Origin: Octopus sinensis
Taxonomy: Eukaryota
Length of the DNA stretch: 64,000 bases
Reading direction: 5' to 3'
NCBI RefSeq assembly: GCF_006345805.1
Contig: NC_043021.1
Span: forward strand, 11,656,001 to 11,720,000
Shown: positions 39,479-53,500 of the stretch, in pieces
Layout: every line of letters starts with the position of its first letter
Numbering within the stretch: position 1 is the stretch's first letter
Position numbers and translations under genes: made by a program
The notes under the pieces: generated by a model
Seen by the model: the letters and a program-made list of their open reading frames with translations, nothing else
Database searches by the model: none
Told to the model about the DNA's origin: nothing

Positions 39479-41248
39479 CGTTATGTATTGTATATATAAT
39501 ATGCATGTATGACAAAATTGTATATATTTTATTGTTTAACAATGAGAACATATTAAACTCAGTTGAATACTGTGTTTTAGGTTTTCAGTGCCTCTAACGT
39601 GGAATTGATAACAAAGACTAGAACAGAACATATGACCGAAGACGACAAGGAACGCTGTAAGAAAGTGAACAAGACTCCTTTAGTGTCCTTCCTAGGGGTC
39701 GCTGAAGAAGAAAACAAAGCCCAGGGAGCCACCAACGGTGTAAGTATATTTGTCTGTAAATATATATGTGTGTGTGTGTTTGTGTAAGATATATCATCAT
39801 CTTCATCATCATCGTCGTTTAATGTCTGCTTTTCCATGCTGGCATGGGTTGGATGCTTTGACATGGTGTTGGCTGGCAGGGAGCTATCTAGACACCAGCT
39901 ATTTGTTGAGGCAGGGTTTCTACGGCTGGAGGCCCTTCCTAAGGCCAACCACTTAACAGACTGGATGCTTTTCACATGCTGCTGACATGGATGCGTTAAC
40001 GCAGCACTGGCACAGTGGCACCGGCACCTGAAAGGACAAGCCTGTATGTGTGGAAGACAGCAGTTTTACTTAGCTTAACATTTCTTATCAAGTACAGCAA
40101 ATTGCCACATCTCCTGGTCCCTTGTCATTTCCTCAGTGAGGCCCAGCATCCGAAGATCCTTACTCACCATTTCATCCCACATCTTCGTGGGCCTACTCCT
40201 TTCACAATTAGAGCTCAGCACTTCTTCATGCAGCTGTTCTCATCCATATGCAACACATGACCAAACCACTGCTGTCTTCTCTCTTGCACACAACATCTGA
40301 TGGCTCATATACTCAGTTTTCCTCTTTTAAAATGTTTTTTTTCCATCAACATACATATTAATAGATTACTGGTGATGTGTACCATCATCATCATCATCAC
40401 AGAAATCACCAATAATATTTTAAAATCTAACTTAATATATAGAATAAATTATTGTGTAAAATGTAGTATTTAAATGTAATCTAAAATCGATCATCATCAT
40501 CATCATCGTTTAATGTCCGCTTTCCATGCTAGCATGAGTTGGACGATTTGACTGAGGTCTGGCAAACTAGATGGCTGCACTAGGCTCCAATCTGATCTGG
40601 CAGAGTTTCTACAGTTGGATGCCCTTCCTAACTCCAACCACTCCAAGAGTGTAGTGGGTGCTTTTACATACCACCTGCACGAGGGCCAGTCAGGCAGTAC
40701 TGGCAACGGCCACGCTCAAACGGTGCTTTTTATGTGCCACCTGCACAGGAGCTAGTCCAGCGGCACTGGCAACGACCTCACTCGAATGTTTTTTTCACAT
40801 GCCACCAGCACAAGTGCCAGTAAGGTGCCGCAGGTAATGATCATGCTTGAATGGTGCTTTTTACGTGCCATCTGCACGGAAGCCAGCTTGTTGCTCTGTG
40901 TATACTATTCTATATTTTTGAGATGAGGAATTATGTACATTATTTACTATGGATGGATATGTGTCCTCACCATGTTTGTTGTTATCACAACTTTTTGGCT
41001 GATGTACTCTCCAGTCATCATCAGGTGTTCTGATGGAATTTCACATACAACCCTTTATTTGACTAACGGGGCACTCTGTTCTCATTCCTAAGGCATGTTG
41101 CAGGGACTTGAAAAATAACAGCAGCAGCATACATTATTTACATTTGACTAATATTTGTACTCCTTTTGTTTGCCCACGGGCATGTAGCATAGTGGTTAAG
41201 AGTGTGGGCCACTAACCCCAAAATTCCGATTTAGATTCCAAGCAGTGA

Positions 41249-41285
<37 letters not shown>

Positions 41286-42983
41286 TATATTAATGATAAT
41301 AATAATAATAAGAAGAAGACCAACAACGAAAAATACCTTAGGAATGAGAACCCAGGTTTGAAATTTCCCCAAGATACCTGATGAAAGCTGGAGGGTATAT
41401 CAGCCAAAACGTTACCAACAAACAAGATGAGGGCAAATATCCGTCAATTGTAAATAATGTCAATAATTCCTCATTTTAGGTTTTAGGTAATTGTTGTTTC
41501 TTTTTAGTTGTATGGTGAAACTAGCTTGCTGTTGTCATTGATGTATTATAACTGCTTCAGATGATTCCTGTTTTTAAAGGTTTTTTTTAAAAATCATATG
41601 GCTGTTTTTTTTTTAACCCCGCCAAGGAGGTTATGTTTTTGCCGGCGTTGGTTTGGAAAATTGGGCGATTTTTCAGCATGCATGTATATGGGTGGAAATG
41701 AGCTGCTTGGCGGAGGTCTGCGCTCTCCAACTGCTTTTCTAGTTTTGACATATGTTTTCTTCTGTTTTTATTCTCTGTGCTCCTTGGCCATGCTACAGCC
41801 AGACATCCAGACCCTGTCTTACAATCCATCATCAATCAAACCGGAAGAATACTTCGACGAAGAATGCAACCTTGGCGACCGTGACATCGGACGTCCAATC
41901 GAGCAGAGTAGCAAAGCACAGCGTTTCAAAGCCACCTTGTGGTTGTGTGAGGACTACCCCTTGTCTCTACCAGAGCAAGTTGTACCCATCATTGACCTCA
42001 TGGCTGCCAGCAATGCTCACTTCAAGAAGTTACGGGATTTTGTCACATTGCAGTTGCCAGCAGGATTCCCAGTGAAAATTGGTAAACACAGAAATTTCTT
42101 TTATCTCCCATTTTTGATCTTTTACTTGTTTCAGTTATTGAATTGCGGCCATGCTGGAGCCCTGCTCTGAAGGGTTTCGTTGAACAAATCAACCTGCAGT
42201 ACTTATTTTTTTCTGTCTAGTACTTATCCTCTTGGTGTCGTTTGCACACTGCTAAGTTATGGGGATTTAAACAAACCCACACCAGTTGTGAAGCTGTTGC
42301 TGGGAGACAAACACACACACACGTACGCACACACACATGCTTCCACACAGTTTCTGTTTACCAAATTCATTCACAAGGCCTTGCTAAGGTGCCTTACTGT
42401 GAGATTGAACCCAAAACCACATGGTTGTGTAAAGTGAACTTCTTAACCACAGACCCATGATTGTCCCTGCAAAGCAAGCGTCTGTACTCATTTTACAAAC
42501 ACACACTATATATATATATGCTACATAATTTTCACCTGTTCTTATTGTCCTGCAATTATTATATACATTTTTTGGTATTTTGTCCTCTACTCATCTCATG
42601 TGTTTACGTATTTTTCACTCGTTGGTTATGTCCTGTACTTGATGTATTATATATATATATTACGGAGATGTACTCGCATAGCAAGTAATTTGATCTGAGA
42701 TCGTGTGCTGAAACGAAAACAATTGCAGCGTGGAAGGTGTTTCTAAGCCATTTAAGAAACACACAAAAGCCGTTCGATTCACTTCAACATTTAAGTTTAA
42801 TTTGTCAAAATATTTTCGTCGCTAAAATCCGCGACCTGTTCACTGACAAAAATCCGTGCTGAACAGGTCGCGGATTTTAGCGAGGAAAATATTTTGACAA
42901 ATTAAACTTAAATGTTGAAGTGAATCGAACGGCTTTTGTGTGTTTCTTAAATGGCTTATAAACACCTTCCACGCTGCAATTGT

Positions 42984-43023
<40 letters not shown>

Positions 43024-43740
43024 GAGAGGGAGAGAGAGAGAGTTATTACCACGGGATTATCATTCCTAGTAAAATACTTTATAAGCTCTCTGTTAGTACA
43101 ACAGTTAACAATATTGTTTAGATTAGTAAAGAGGTCTGCATATTCTTGTGGCAGAGTCAAAGGTTATAATTCATTACCATTTTATATTGTTAATCCATAG
43201 TCATGTTCCAGTTATACTGTTTTTTATTTTTACACAGTGATATATAAGACAAGGCGTAAATACTGGTTATTACTTCTATGTGATGACAATTTTTTATGCC
43301 TTGTCTTGTGTGTGTGTGTGTCATCATCATCATCATCATCATTTAGCATCCGCTTTCCATGCTAGCATGGGTTGGACGGTTCAACTGGGGTCTGGGAAGC
43401 CAGAAGGCTGCACCAGGCCCAGTCTGATCTGGCAATGTTTCTACGGCTGGATGCCCTTCCTAATGCCAACTACTCCGTGAGTGTAGTGGGTGCTTTTTAC
43501 GTGCCAGACGAGGCTGGCAAACAGCCATGATCAGATGGTGCTTTTTACATGCCACCGGCACAGAGGCCAGGCCAGGCTGGCAACGGCCAAGATTAGATGG
43601 TGCTTTTTATGTGCCACCAGCATGGAGGCCAGTCGGGGCGGAGCTGGCAACGGCCACGTTCGGATGGTTCTCTTACATGCCACCGGCATTGGTATCACAG
43701 CTACAATTTCCATTGATGTTGATCAATTTCAATTTTGATT

Positions 43741-43775
<35 letters not shown>

Positions 43776-46057
43776 GTGTGTGTGAATTGCAAAATTCCTG
43801 ATGTGAATTAATGGACTAAACTGAACAGAAGACACATGGGATGGAAGAGTTGCTGAAGAGGTTACAGGTGTGTGACAAAAGATTTCCAGACAATGAACAT
43901 AAGATAAAATAAGACCAATAATAAATGAGTGAAGAACAAATATACAGTGCCTGTATTTATTTGGCAAGAAATCGAAAAAAAATTGCCATCCTAAAATATA
44001 TAAACATACATACATGTATATGTATGTGTATATATATATATATATATATATCCTATTTCTGGTTTTTAACTTGACACCTCTTTCAGTACATTCTAATACT
44101 CTTTTTCTTTTTTCTTTTATATTCAGAAATTCCTTTGTTCCATGTCCTTAATGCAAGAATCACTTTTGGAAACATCTTTGGAGTCGAGAGCCCAGTTGGA
44201 GGTGTCACATGTATTCAAGACGAGAAAATGTCCTGCTCCATCGATGATTCTGTATTTGACTTGCCGGCCAACTACAGCCGAGGTGGTGAGTCACCCTGTT
44301 TCACAACTGTTATATTCGGCATTGGAAATAAATTGTGGTGATGGTGGGGGCAGTTGGAGGTTATTGAAGAATGACAATGATGAAGATCTGTTGTGTTAAT
44401 AAGGTTAATGAGTGCAAGTGTGTGTGTGTGACCTTGCATTTGTTTATCTCTTCAACACTTCAAACAGGTCTTAGCCAGCGATAATATTTTACCTGTTATA
44501 TGCTACTTCCTGCCAAATCCAATCTCGCACCTGTCTGGCAATGTCATTCCGAAAAATAAAGTCACAATGCTGAAATCTCAAAGCTATGAAATAAAGCTTG
44601 ATTAATTCAAAACAATGTGAATGAAAAAAAACATTACATTTGACAGGGTAATGTGGATGCTAAAGATATCAGCAGGTTTTGTTTTTAATATCGATTTTAG
44701 ATTACATTTAACCCTTTAATGTTTAATCCGGCCATATCCGGCCAAAATATTCTACCTATTTTATGTTCAAACTAGTCAGGTATGGTCATTCATAGCTATC
44801 TTATTGTGTCATTTTAAAAATAAACAATCACATTATTGGAATCTCAAAGCCATGAAATGATGCAAGATTAATTTTACATGGTGTGAATACATAAGCTTTA
44901 CATTTTACAGAATAATCTGAATGCTAAAGAGTTAAATACTACATTTTATACAATAATTTATTCTATATATTAGTTAAATTTTAAAATATTATCCAACCCA
45001 TGCCAGCATGGAAAGCAGATGCTAAATGATGATTTGACCAGAAAACATATTTGAGATCTGATCACTAATTTGTGCAAGGTGATTAAACATGCAACACAGG
45101 TTTAATTCTTTGTTAATTTCATTATTTTTATGTTGTTTGCCAAAATTAATGTGTCGTGAAAAATTGTTTTGAAAATGTGTCACCAATGTGGAGAGTTTGG
45201 GAACGAAAGAGGATATTGAAGAAGAGTGTGTATGCGTTGGTGTATGACTTGCTGGTTGGAGTGTTCAGTTTGTGATTGTTGGGTTAGCAGTTCGATTCTC
45301 AGCAGTACTTCATCTCCTTGAGCAGGACACCTTGTTTCGCATTGCTGTAGTCCAATCAGCTGGCAAAAATGAGCAGTACTTGTATTTCAAAGGGCCTGCT
45401 TGTCACATTCTGGGTTATGCTGAATCTCCTTCAGAACTACGTTAAGGGTATACATGTCTGTGGAGTACTCAGCCACTTGCATTGTTAACTTCAGGAGCAA
45501 GGTGTTTCATTGATTGGATCAACTGGAACACTCATCGCCATAACAACTGGAGTGCCTGTATAGTCAGTGTGTGTGTTTGTGTGTGTGTGTGTGCATATTG
45601 CTGTGTGTATGTGGTAGTTGCGGCATTGTGTGTGTGGGTCAGTATATATGTAGTAATGTGTGTGGCAGTATGTGTGTGTGTGTGTGTGTGTGCATGTCAA
45701 CTGGATCACCTGGATCTGCCAGGCTTTCTACTGCCGAGTCGGCCCCCACTGTCCACAGCATTTGCTCCATTCCCCTCATGCTTTCACCATTCTCCTCCAC
45801 GTTATTCCAAACATCTTTCTAAAACCATCTTCCCACCTGATTGGAATTCTTCTGAGTGGTCCCTTCCATTCGTGTGGCTACCAATCAACAACTGCATGGG
45901 TCCACCAATAGTCTGTGCACCTTGCGACATGGTCAGCCCTTTGTAGCTTTGCGTGGTGGTATTCTGTGACAACGTCCTTCACTCCAGTTCTATCCCTGGT
46001 CTCCTCGTTCCGGATGTGATCTCTTAGCGAGATGCCTAGCCTTGACCTTTCTATGGC

Positions 46058-46092
<35 letters not shown>

Positions 46093-47471
46093 GTCGCAAT
46101 GTGTGTGTGTGTGTGTGGTATTGTGACTAATGAAGGTGGCGAGCTGGCAGAAACGTTAGGACGCCGGGCGAAATGCATAGCCGTATTTCGTCTGCCGTTA
46201 CGTTCTGAGTTCAAATTCCGCCGAGGTCGACTTTGCCTTTCATCCTTTCGGGGTTAATAAATTAAGTACCAGTTACGCACTGGGGTCGATGTAATCGACT
46301 TAATCCGTTTGTCTGTCCTTGTTTGTCCTCTCTGTGTTTAGCCCCTTGTGGGTAGAAAAAGAAATAGGTATTGTGAATAATGTTAGCATCTTATAATGCT
46401 ATTATGTTATTATAATTGATAACGAGAATGAAATCTCTGTCTGTCTGTCTGTCTTTCTGTCCATGCAGGTGATGCCAACCATGAGCGCTTGACCCTGCGT
46501 TCCGATGATGAAGAATTGCTCCAATATGCCATCCAACAGAGTATGATTGAAGTCGGCACGGAAAACGACCAGGTAAATTGCCCGATTGAATCTCCTGCTG
46601 ATCCTTATGTAAGTGAATAACTTCTGTAACTAACAATCCATCCATCAATCATCAATCAATCAATCAATCAGTCAGTCAGTCAGTAGAGCTTGTTGGGTTT
46701 GTCTTTTGTTCTTTAATTTTGTTTGTTTTAATTTTTCTGTAACCCTCCAACCCCCCTTTTTTTTTGTCTTTTTACTCCCAAGTTTCCCTTTTTCTATTTC
46801 TTTTTCCTTCATCAGTGAATATATTTTGGTTCTGTTCTTATTTCATTCTTCAAATTCTTTGACCATTTTCTTTTTTTTTTTTCACCAATTCTCATCTCTG
46901 TCTTTTGATGTATTCGCCGTGGGTGGCGGCTGCATGGTTTATTTTCCCCCCTCCCTCTCCTCTCTCCCATGCCTTCCCTGTTCCTTGAACCCTAAACCAG
47001 CTTCTCTGTTCCGCTCTGTGCAGTACCGTTCTGTATTCCCTGTTTATCAATACCAACTGTACCAACAGCTTTGTCCTTTTTTTTTTGTTTGTTTGTTTAT
47101 ATTATTTTGTTTGGTGTCTGTCTGTCCTTTCTATTCATGTTTGTTCAGGGCCCTTTTTTAAACTCTTATTATTATTATTATTATTATTTATTATTATTAT
47201 TATTATCATCACTAGGGCGACGAGCTGGTAGAATTGTTAGCATGCCGGGCAAAATGCTTAGTGGTATTTTGTCTACCTTTATGCTCCGAGTTCAAATTCT
47301 GCCAAGGTTAACTTTTCCTTTCATCCTTTTGAGATCAATAAAATGAGTACCAGTTGAGTACTGGGGTCAGTGTAATTGACTTATTCCCCTCCCCTGAAAT
47401 TGCTGGCCTTGTGCCAAAATTTGGCATTATTGTTATTATTATTATTATTATGTTAGTGAGCTGGACAAGGG

Positions 47472-47518
<47 letters not shown>

Positions 47519-50500
47519 GAAAAATACAAACTGGGACAAGAACGTAAAACATTTAGAAGACGATACAAAAAAACGGACGGGACATTCGAAGCCTTCAATC
47601 TTCAGTCAAGAACCGGATCATCCTCGCAATTTCGGCTGATTATATATATATTGTTTATTTATTTATTGCCCACAGGAGGCTAAACATAGAGGGGACAAAC
47701 AAGGACAAAGAGATTAAGTCAATTACATTGACCCCAGTGCGTAACTGGTACTTATTTAATCGACCCCGATGGGATGAAAGGCTAAGTTGACCTCAGTGGA
47801 ATTTGAACTCAGAACATAGCAACAGACGAAATACTAACAATTCTGCCAGTTCGCCTTTATATTATTATTATTATTATTACTATTATTATTAAGGTGGTGA
47901 GATCACAGAATTGTTAACATGCCGGGCAAAACACTTACCATTTCATACGTCTTTGTTTTGGGTTCAAATTCTACTAAGGTCAACTTTGCCTTTCATCCTT
48001 TCAGGGTCAATAAGTTAAGTACCAGTGAAATGCTGGAGTTGATGTAATCAACTGGTCCCCTCCCTTAAAATTTCAGACCTTGTGCCTTTAGTAAAAAAGA
48101 TTATTGTTGTTATTATTATCATTATTGAGTGAGAGAGCAGTGCATGCCATCAAAGTGACACTGGAGTAAAATATACGAAGCCCAGTATACCCATCATGAT
48201 AACCTGTCTGATAAGGGTACACCAGGCACATGCATCACAACCATATGTGTGCGACATGGTGATCTCATATCAAGATAAACAGCACATGACCTTGCAGGGG
48301 AGGCCCAGTTAGAATTTTTTTCTGATCGAGTAGCCTATCCCACTCAAAAGGGCCTTGAATAAGAGTTGTTTAAGGTGGTTGAACGAAGCAGCCATGTTTC
48401 CAAAGGTAAATTATCCAAACTGCAAAGAATTCCTTTCAAACACATGGCTATGATGCTCCCCCACTACTTCTGCTCGTGATCAGAGATGCACATATCGTCA
48501 GCCAAAAGGGACATGCTCAACTGGTTACGGTCAAACAACTGACAAGCAAATCTGTGGTATTGGGCAGAATATTTGCTGTAGCCCATCTTTTTATACCAAG
48601 ACAAAACAATGTACATGATAACACTTCCAATCAGTTAAGATCAGAAGCCACGAGAGTCACTGCCTGGTACTGCATCAGGGCATTTATTATATTTATTATT
48701 ATTATTATATTTATTATTATTATTATTTTTATTATTATTATTATTATTGTCATTTTTATTGTTGTTGTTGTTATCATCAGCTTAGTCTTAGCTTTTTAAT
48801 CTTTCTTTTCTTGTCGTTCATGCCTCACACTAATATATGTGCAATTGTTATTCTATTCAGTGTATCATGCTGCACTTGTGCAACTATTACCACATTCAGA
48901 TGCATCTGGCATCTTGCACCTGTAAAGCTTTTATTATATATGATTTGAGTTACCGTGTATAAGTGTAATGACTGAATGGACTGGGTCGGGGTGTATACTG
49001 TTCCCACACACCTGGGACAATGCTTGGTGTTATACCATGGGTTACTGCCCCACCCCCGTGTCTGGGATACCACTGATATTCATACCCAGTAGTGTTGCCC
49101 CTGAATGTGGGACATTGCTGCTTTTACACAACAGTATATTGCACCCTGTATCTGGAATGGTACTGCTATTCTACATGCATGCAACTTTGACCCACATCTA
49201 ATAAAATGTCCATCCAACCGATTAACATTGAGTCACCCTCAACCTCTCTCGCCCATAGACAAGCTGCCTTGTCACTCTGCCTTTTTAACCACCTCCGCCT
49301 CTGTTTCTCTCTTTCTCTCTCTCTCCACTACTACCCTGTTACAACTCTATATCTGTTTATTCCATCATGCTACACTCTCAGAGTGGTTGGCATTAGGAAG
49401 GGCATCCAGCTGTAGAAACTCTGCTAGATCAAGATTGGAGCCTGGTGCAGCCATCTGGTTCACCAGTCCTCAGTCAAATCGTGAGGGAACAACAAGCATG
49501 TTGTATTAGTTTGACGCTCTGGAAAAATGAAAGAGTCTTCAACATTTTGAGCCTATGCTCTTCAACAGAAAAGGATAAGAGAGAAAAAAATCAGAAAGAA
49601 ACAAAAATAGTGTTGAGATTAACAGTTGCACATGTTGAAATGACCCTAAAGAAGAGACCAATGGGAAGGGAGGTAATTGTGTGTCTGTTTGTGTGTACAT
49701 GTCCCCCCCCTCACTGCTTGACAACTGGTATTGGTTTGTTTATGTCCCAGTAATTTAGCAGTTCAGCAAAAAAAAATAAACAGAAGGTGCAGGAGTGGCT
49801 GTGTGGTAAGTAGCTTGCTTACGAACCACATGGTTCCGGGTTCAGTCCCACTGTGTGGCACCTTGGGCAAGTGTCTTCTACTATAACCTCGGGCCGACCA
49901 AAGCCTTATGAGTGGATTTGGTAGATGGAAACTGAAAAAAGCCCGTCATATATATGTATATATATATATGTGTTTTGTGTATATGTTTGTGTGTCTGTGT
50001 TTGTCCCCCCAACATCGCTTGACAACCGATGGTGGTGTGTTTGCGTCCCGTAACTTAACAGTTCGGCAAAAGAGACAGATAGAATAAGTACTTGGCTTAC
50101 AAAGAATAAGTCCTCGGGTTGATTTGCTTGACCAAAGGCGGTGCTCCAGCATGGCTGCATTCAAATGACTGAAACAAAAGAATAAAAAAGAATTGGCACC
50201 AGGCTTGGGAAAATAATTTCTGGGGTCAATTTGTGAAACTAAAAACCCTTCAAGACAGTGCCCCAGCATGGCTGCAGTCCAGTGTCTGACACGAGTAAAA
50301 GAGAACATCAAGCCCCAATATATTACTGGTGTATACATGTGTTTTACGTGCCAGAGAGGGATGAAAATCAGCATTGCTTGTGGCAAAAGCAGAACTCTGA
50401 GCCATGAGCCTGCCAGAGATAGACAATATCAGTAACAACAACAACATGAATAATGATAGCGATACTTTGTCATATTGACTGTGTAACATGAATATGGAGA

Positions 50501-53500
50501 GAAGACATGGAATCGGGTGAATTGACGTAGTGTATGACTGGTATTCATATGTACATGTGTGTATGTATGCATATGTGTTTATTTCTCTTTTGTCTTTAGC
50601 TTGTTTCAGGCAGTTGAATGTGGCCATGCTGGGGCACCACCCTCAAGGGTTTTAGTCAAACAGATCGAGCCGAGTGCTTTTTTTTTTTTGAAGTCTGATA
50701 GTTAAGCTATTGGTCTCTTTTGGCAAACTGCTAAGTCGCAGGGACATAAACAAACCAACATCAGTTGTCAAGCAGCTAGAGGGGACAAGCAAGTATTGGA
50801 TGTGATTATACACCGCTAGTCACAGTGCACTTGCTCGCATTGTTGTAGCCTTTAGATGATGCCAATCTGCTTGTTAGGTGGGCAGGGCTACAGTCCATGT
50901 AAACGAGATACCAGCCCATTGCAGGGTCACCCATTTACAGCTGACTTGACAGAAGCAACATGAAATGAGTGTCTTGCGATCGTGAGTGCGACACCCTAAC
51001 CACTAGGCTACGTCTTTACACACACACATTTATAAATAGGTTTCAACACAGTTTCCATCTACCAGATTCATTTGAGGTTTTGGGTTGTCCTGGAGCTATA
51101 GTAGAAAACACTTTCCCAAGGTGCCACACAGTAAGATTGAACCTGAAACCAGACAGTTGTAAAATGAGCTCCTTGACCATTCAGCCACATAAAAAGGGGG
51201 AAAAGGGTAAAGACCCCCTTCAGTTATGAATAACCATGGGATTGCGCCTAGAAAGTTACCCTCTGAGGCACAAGTCTGAGCAAGGTTGTTTGTGGAAGGC
51301 TAGCAGTTGCCCATGCATACCAGCTTCCACTCTCCACGTTGTTATATGTACAGAGAGTAAAAGCCCCTTCTATCATAAATGACTAAGGGATTGAACCTAG
51401 AAAGTTACCCTCCGAGGCACAAGTCCGGGCAAGGTTGTTTATGGAAGACCAGCAATCGCCCATGCATACCAGCCTCTTCTCTCCACACCACTGATGTTAC
51501 CCAAGGGAAAGGCAAAGGCTGATACAGCTTGGTACCATTGATGTCACAACTCACTTCTATAGATGAATGAACTGGAGCAATGTGAAATAAAGTGTCTTGC
51601 TCAAGAACACAACATGCAGCCCTGTCTTGGAATCGAACTCACTACCTCATGATTTTGAGCAAGACACTCTAACCACTGTAACATTATGCACCTATTATAC
51701 ATCTGCATAGTGATTCTCTCATCGCTTCTTGTCATTTAGTTCCTGGTCAGCCCCAGCTGAGCAGACCTATCTTATATCTATGATCAGTAGCTTTCCCAAT
51801 ATGACCGTCCCACCTATTTTATGTGCAAGGATTCGAAGAACCCAAATATTTTTCCCAAACTGCCCTTTTTTCTAAGGTATTGGAATGTGATTTGAAGGAG
51901 ATTTCTAGCAATTTAACCCTTTCGTTACCATATCTCTTTTGAGATGCTCTGAATTTCTTTCAATGAATTTAAAATATAACAAAGAATTTAGTAAAATAAT
52001 TTAGTTATCATTAAGCAAGTGTTAGGAACAGAAATTGTGACTAAGGTTTGGGGGAAGCTTTTAATTCAAAACCTATGGAAACAAGACATTTGTACTACAG
52101 AACCAGAGCTGGTTTCAGCCGGGTTGGTATCAAAAGGGTTGAAAATATCATGGTGACGTTAACCCTTTTGTTACCATATTTCTGTTGAGATGTCTGTGTT
52201 TCTTTAAATTAATTTTAAATACAACAAAGAATTTAGTAAAAGAACTTAGGTATCATTAAGCTAGTGTTAGGAACATAAATTGTGACTAAGATTTGGTGGA
52301 AGATTTTAATTCAAAACCTATGGAAACAAGTTATTTGTACTCAGAGCCAGAACCAGTTTCAGCTGGGTTGGTATCAAAAGGGTTGAAAATATCAAAATAT
52401 CATGGTGATGTTAACCCTTTTGTTACCATATTTCTGTTGAGATGCTCTGTGTTTCTTTCCATTAATTTTAAATATAACAAAGAATTTAGTAAAATAATTT
52501 AGCTATCATTCAGCTAGTGTTAGGAGCATTAATTGTGATTAAGGTTTGGTGGAACATTTTAATTCAAAACCTATGGAAACAAGACATTTGTACTACAGAG
52601 CCTGAGGCGATTTCAGCTGGGCTGGTATCGAAAGGGTTAAACCAGCAACCACATAGAAGCATGGGGAAGCCTATGTTTTACTGAAGGAGTCTATTATGAC
52701 CAAAATATATCCAGAGTTATATTCGAGTGTTATATATTTCCATGCGTGTGTGTGTGTGTGTATTTATAGGTGTGTATATGTATATTGATGTATGTGTGTG
52801 TGTGCAGTGTTTGCTTTTTTTTCACTCACTGCTTATTTCTTCTTTCTTTTCTTTCTCTCTCTCTCTCTCTTTCCCTTCTCTCTCTCTCTCGACACACTCT
52901 CTTGCGCTTTCACAAACTGCTACTTTCTCCCTATTCCTCCTCTTCCTTTTCCCCACCTTGCTTCTCTTTGTGCCTTAACTCCCCCACCCTTTGCAACACC
53001 CTTTCTCTCTGAGAATGATACCCACTCACCCCGCCTTCTCTTCTAGCCACTTCCCCTCCCCCACTATGAGTTATTCCAGTCCCGGTTTATCTCCTCCCAC
53101 CTTCACTCTCTCCCAGTACAACCCTTCTCCCCTACAACCCCCCTCTTTAATCATTCTCCTCCACCACCACCACTTTGCTCATGTCCCCCCCCCCGCAACC
53201 TCTCTCCCTTCCTCCCACTGCAATCATTCTTTTCTTCCCTCTACTCTCTCTTACTACTCTCTCCTCCTCTCCCCAATATTACCACTCCCTCAGTGCCTCT
53301 ATTCCCCTTCTCCAACCACTACCATCAACACCACCACCACCACCACTCACTCTCTTTCTCTTCTCTCTCTCTCTCTCTTTCTATTCTCTGTTCTCTCCCT
53401 CCCCCTTCTCTCCAGTTTTCTGTCTCTCTGTCTGTCTGTCTGTCTCTGTCTTTTTTACTCTTCCATCTTCTCTTCTGCAGGTCACATTCTGGGAAGCCCT

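Noticed and set aside
47575-47612. Minus-strand CUGAAGA...GAAG/CUUC...GAAU-GUC as another hammerhead
   Set aside because: GAAA is missing, the stem II loop is too small and stem I is unclear; not counted.
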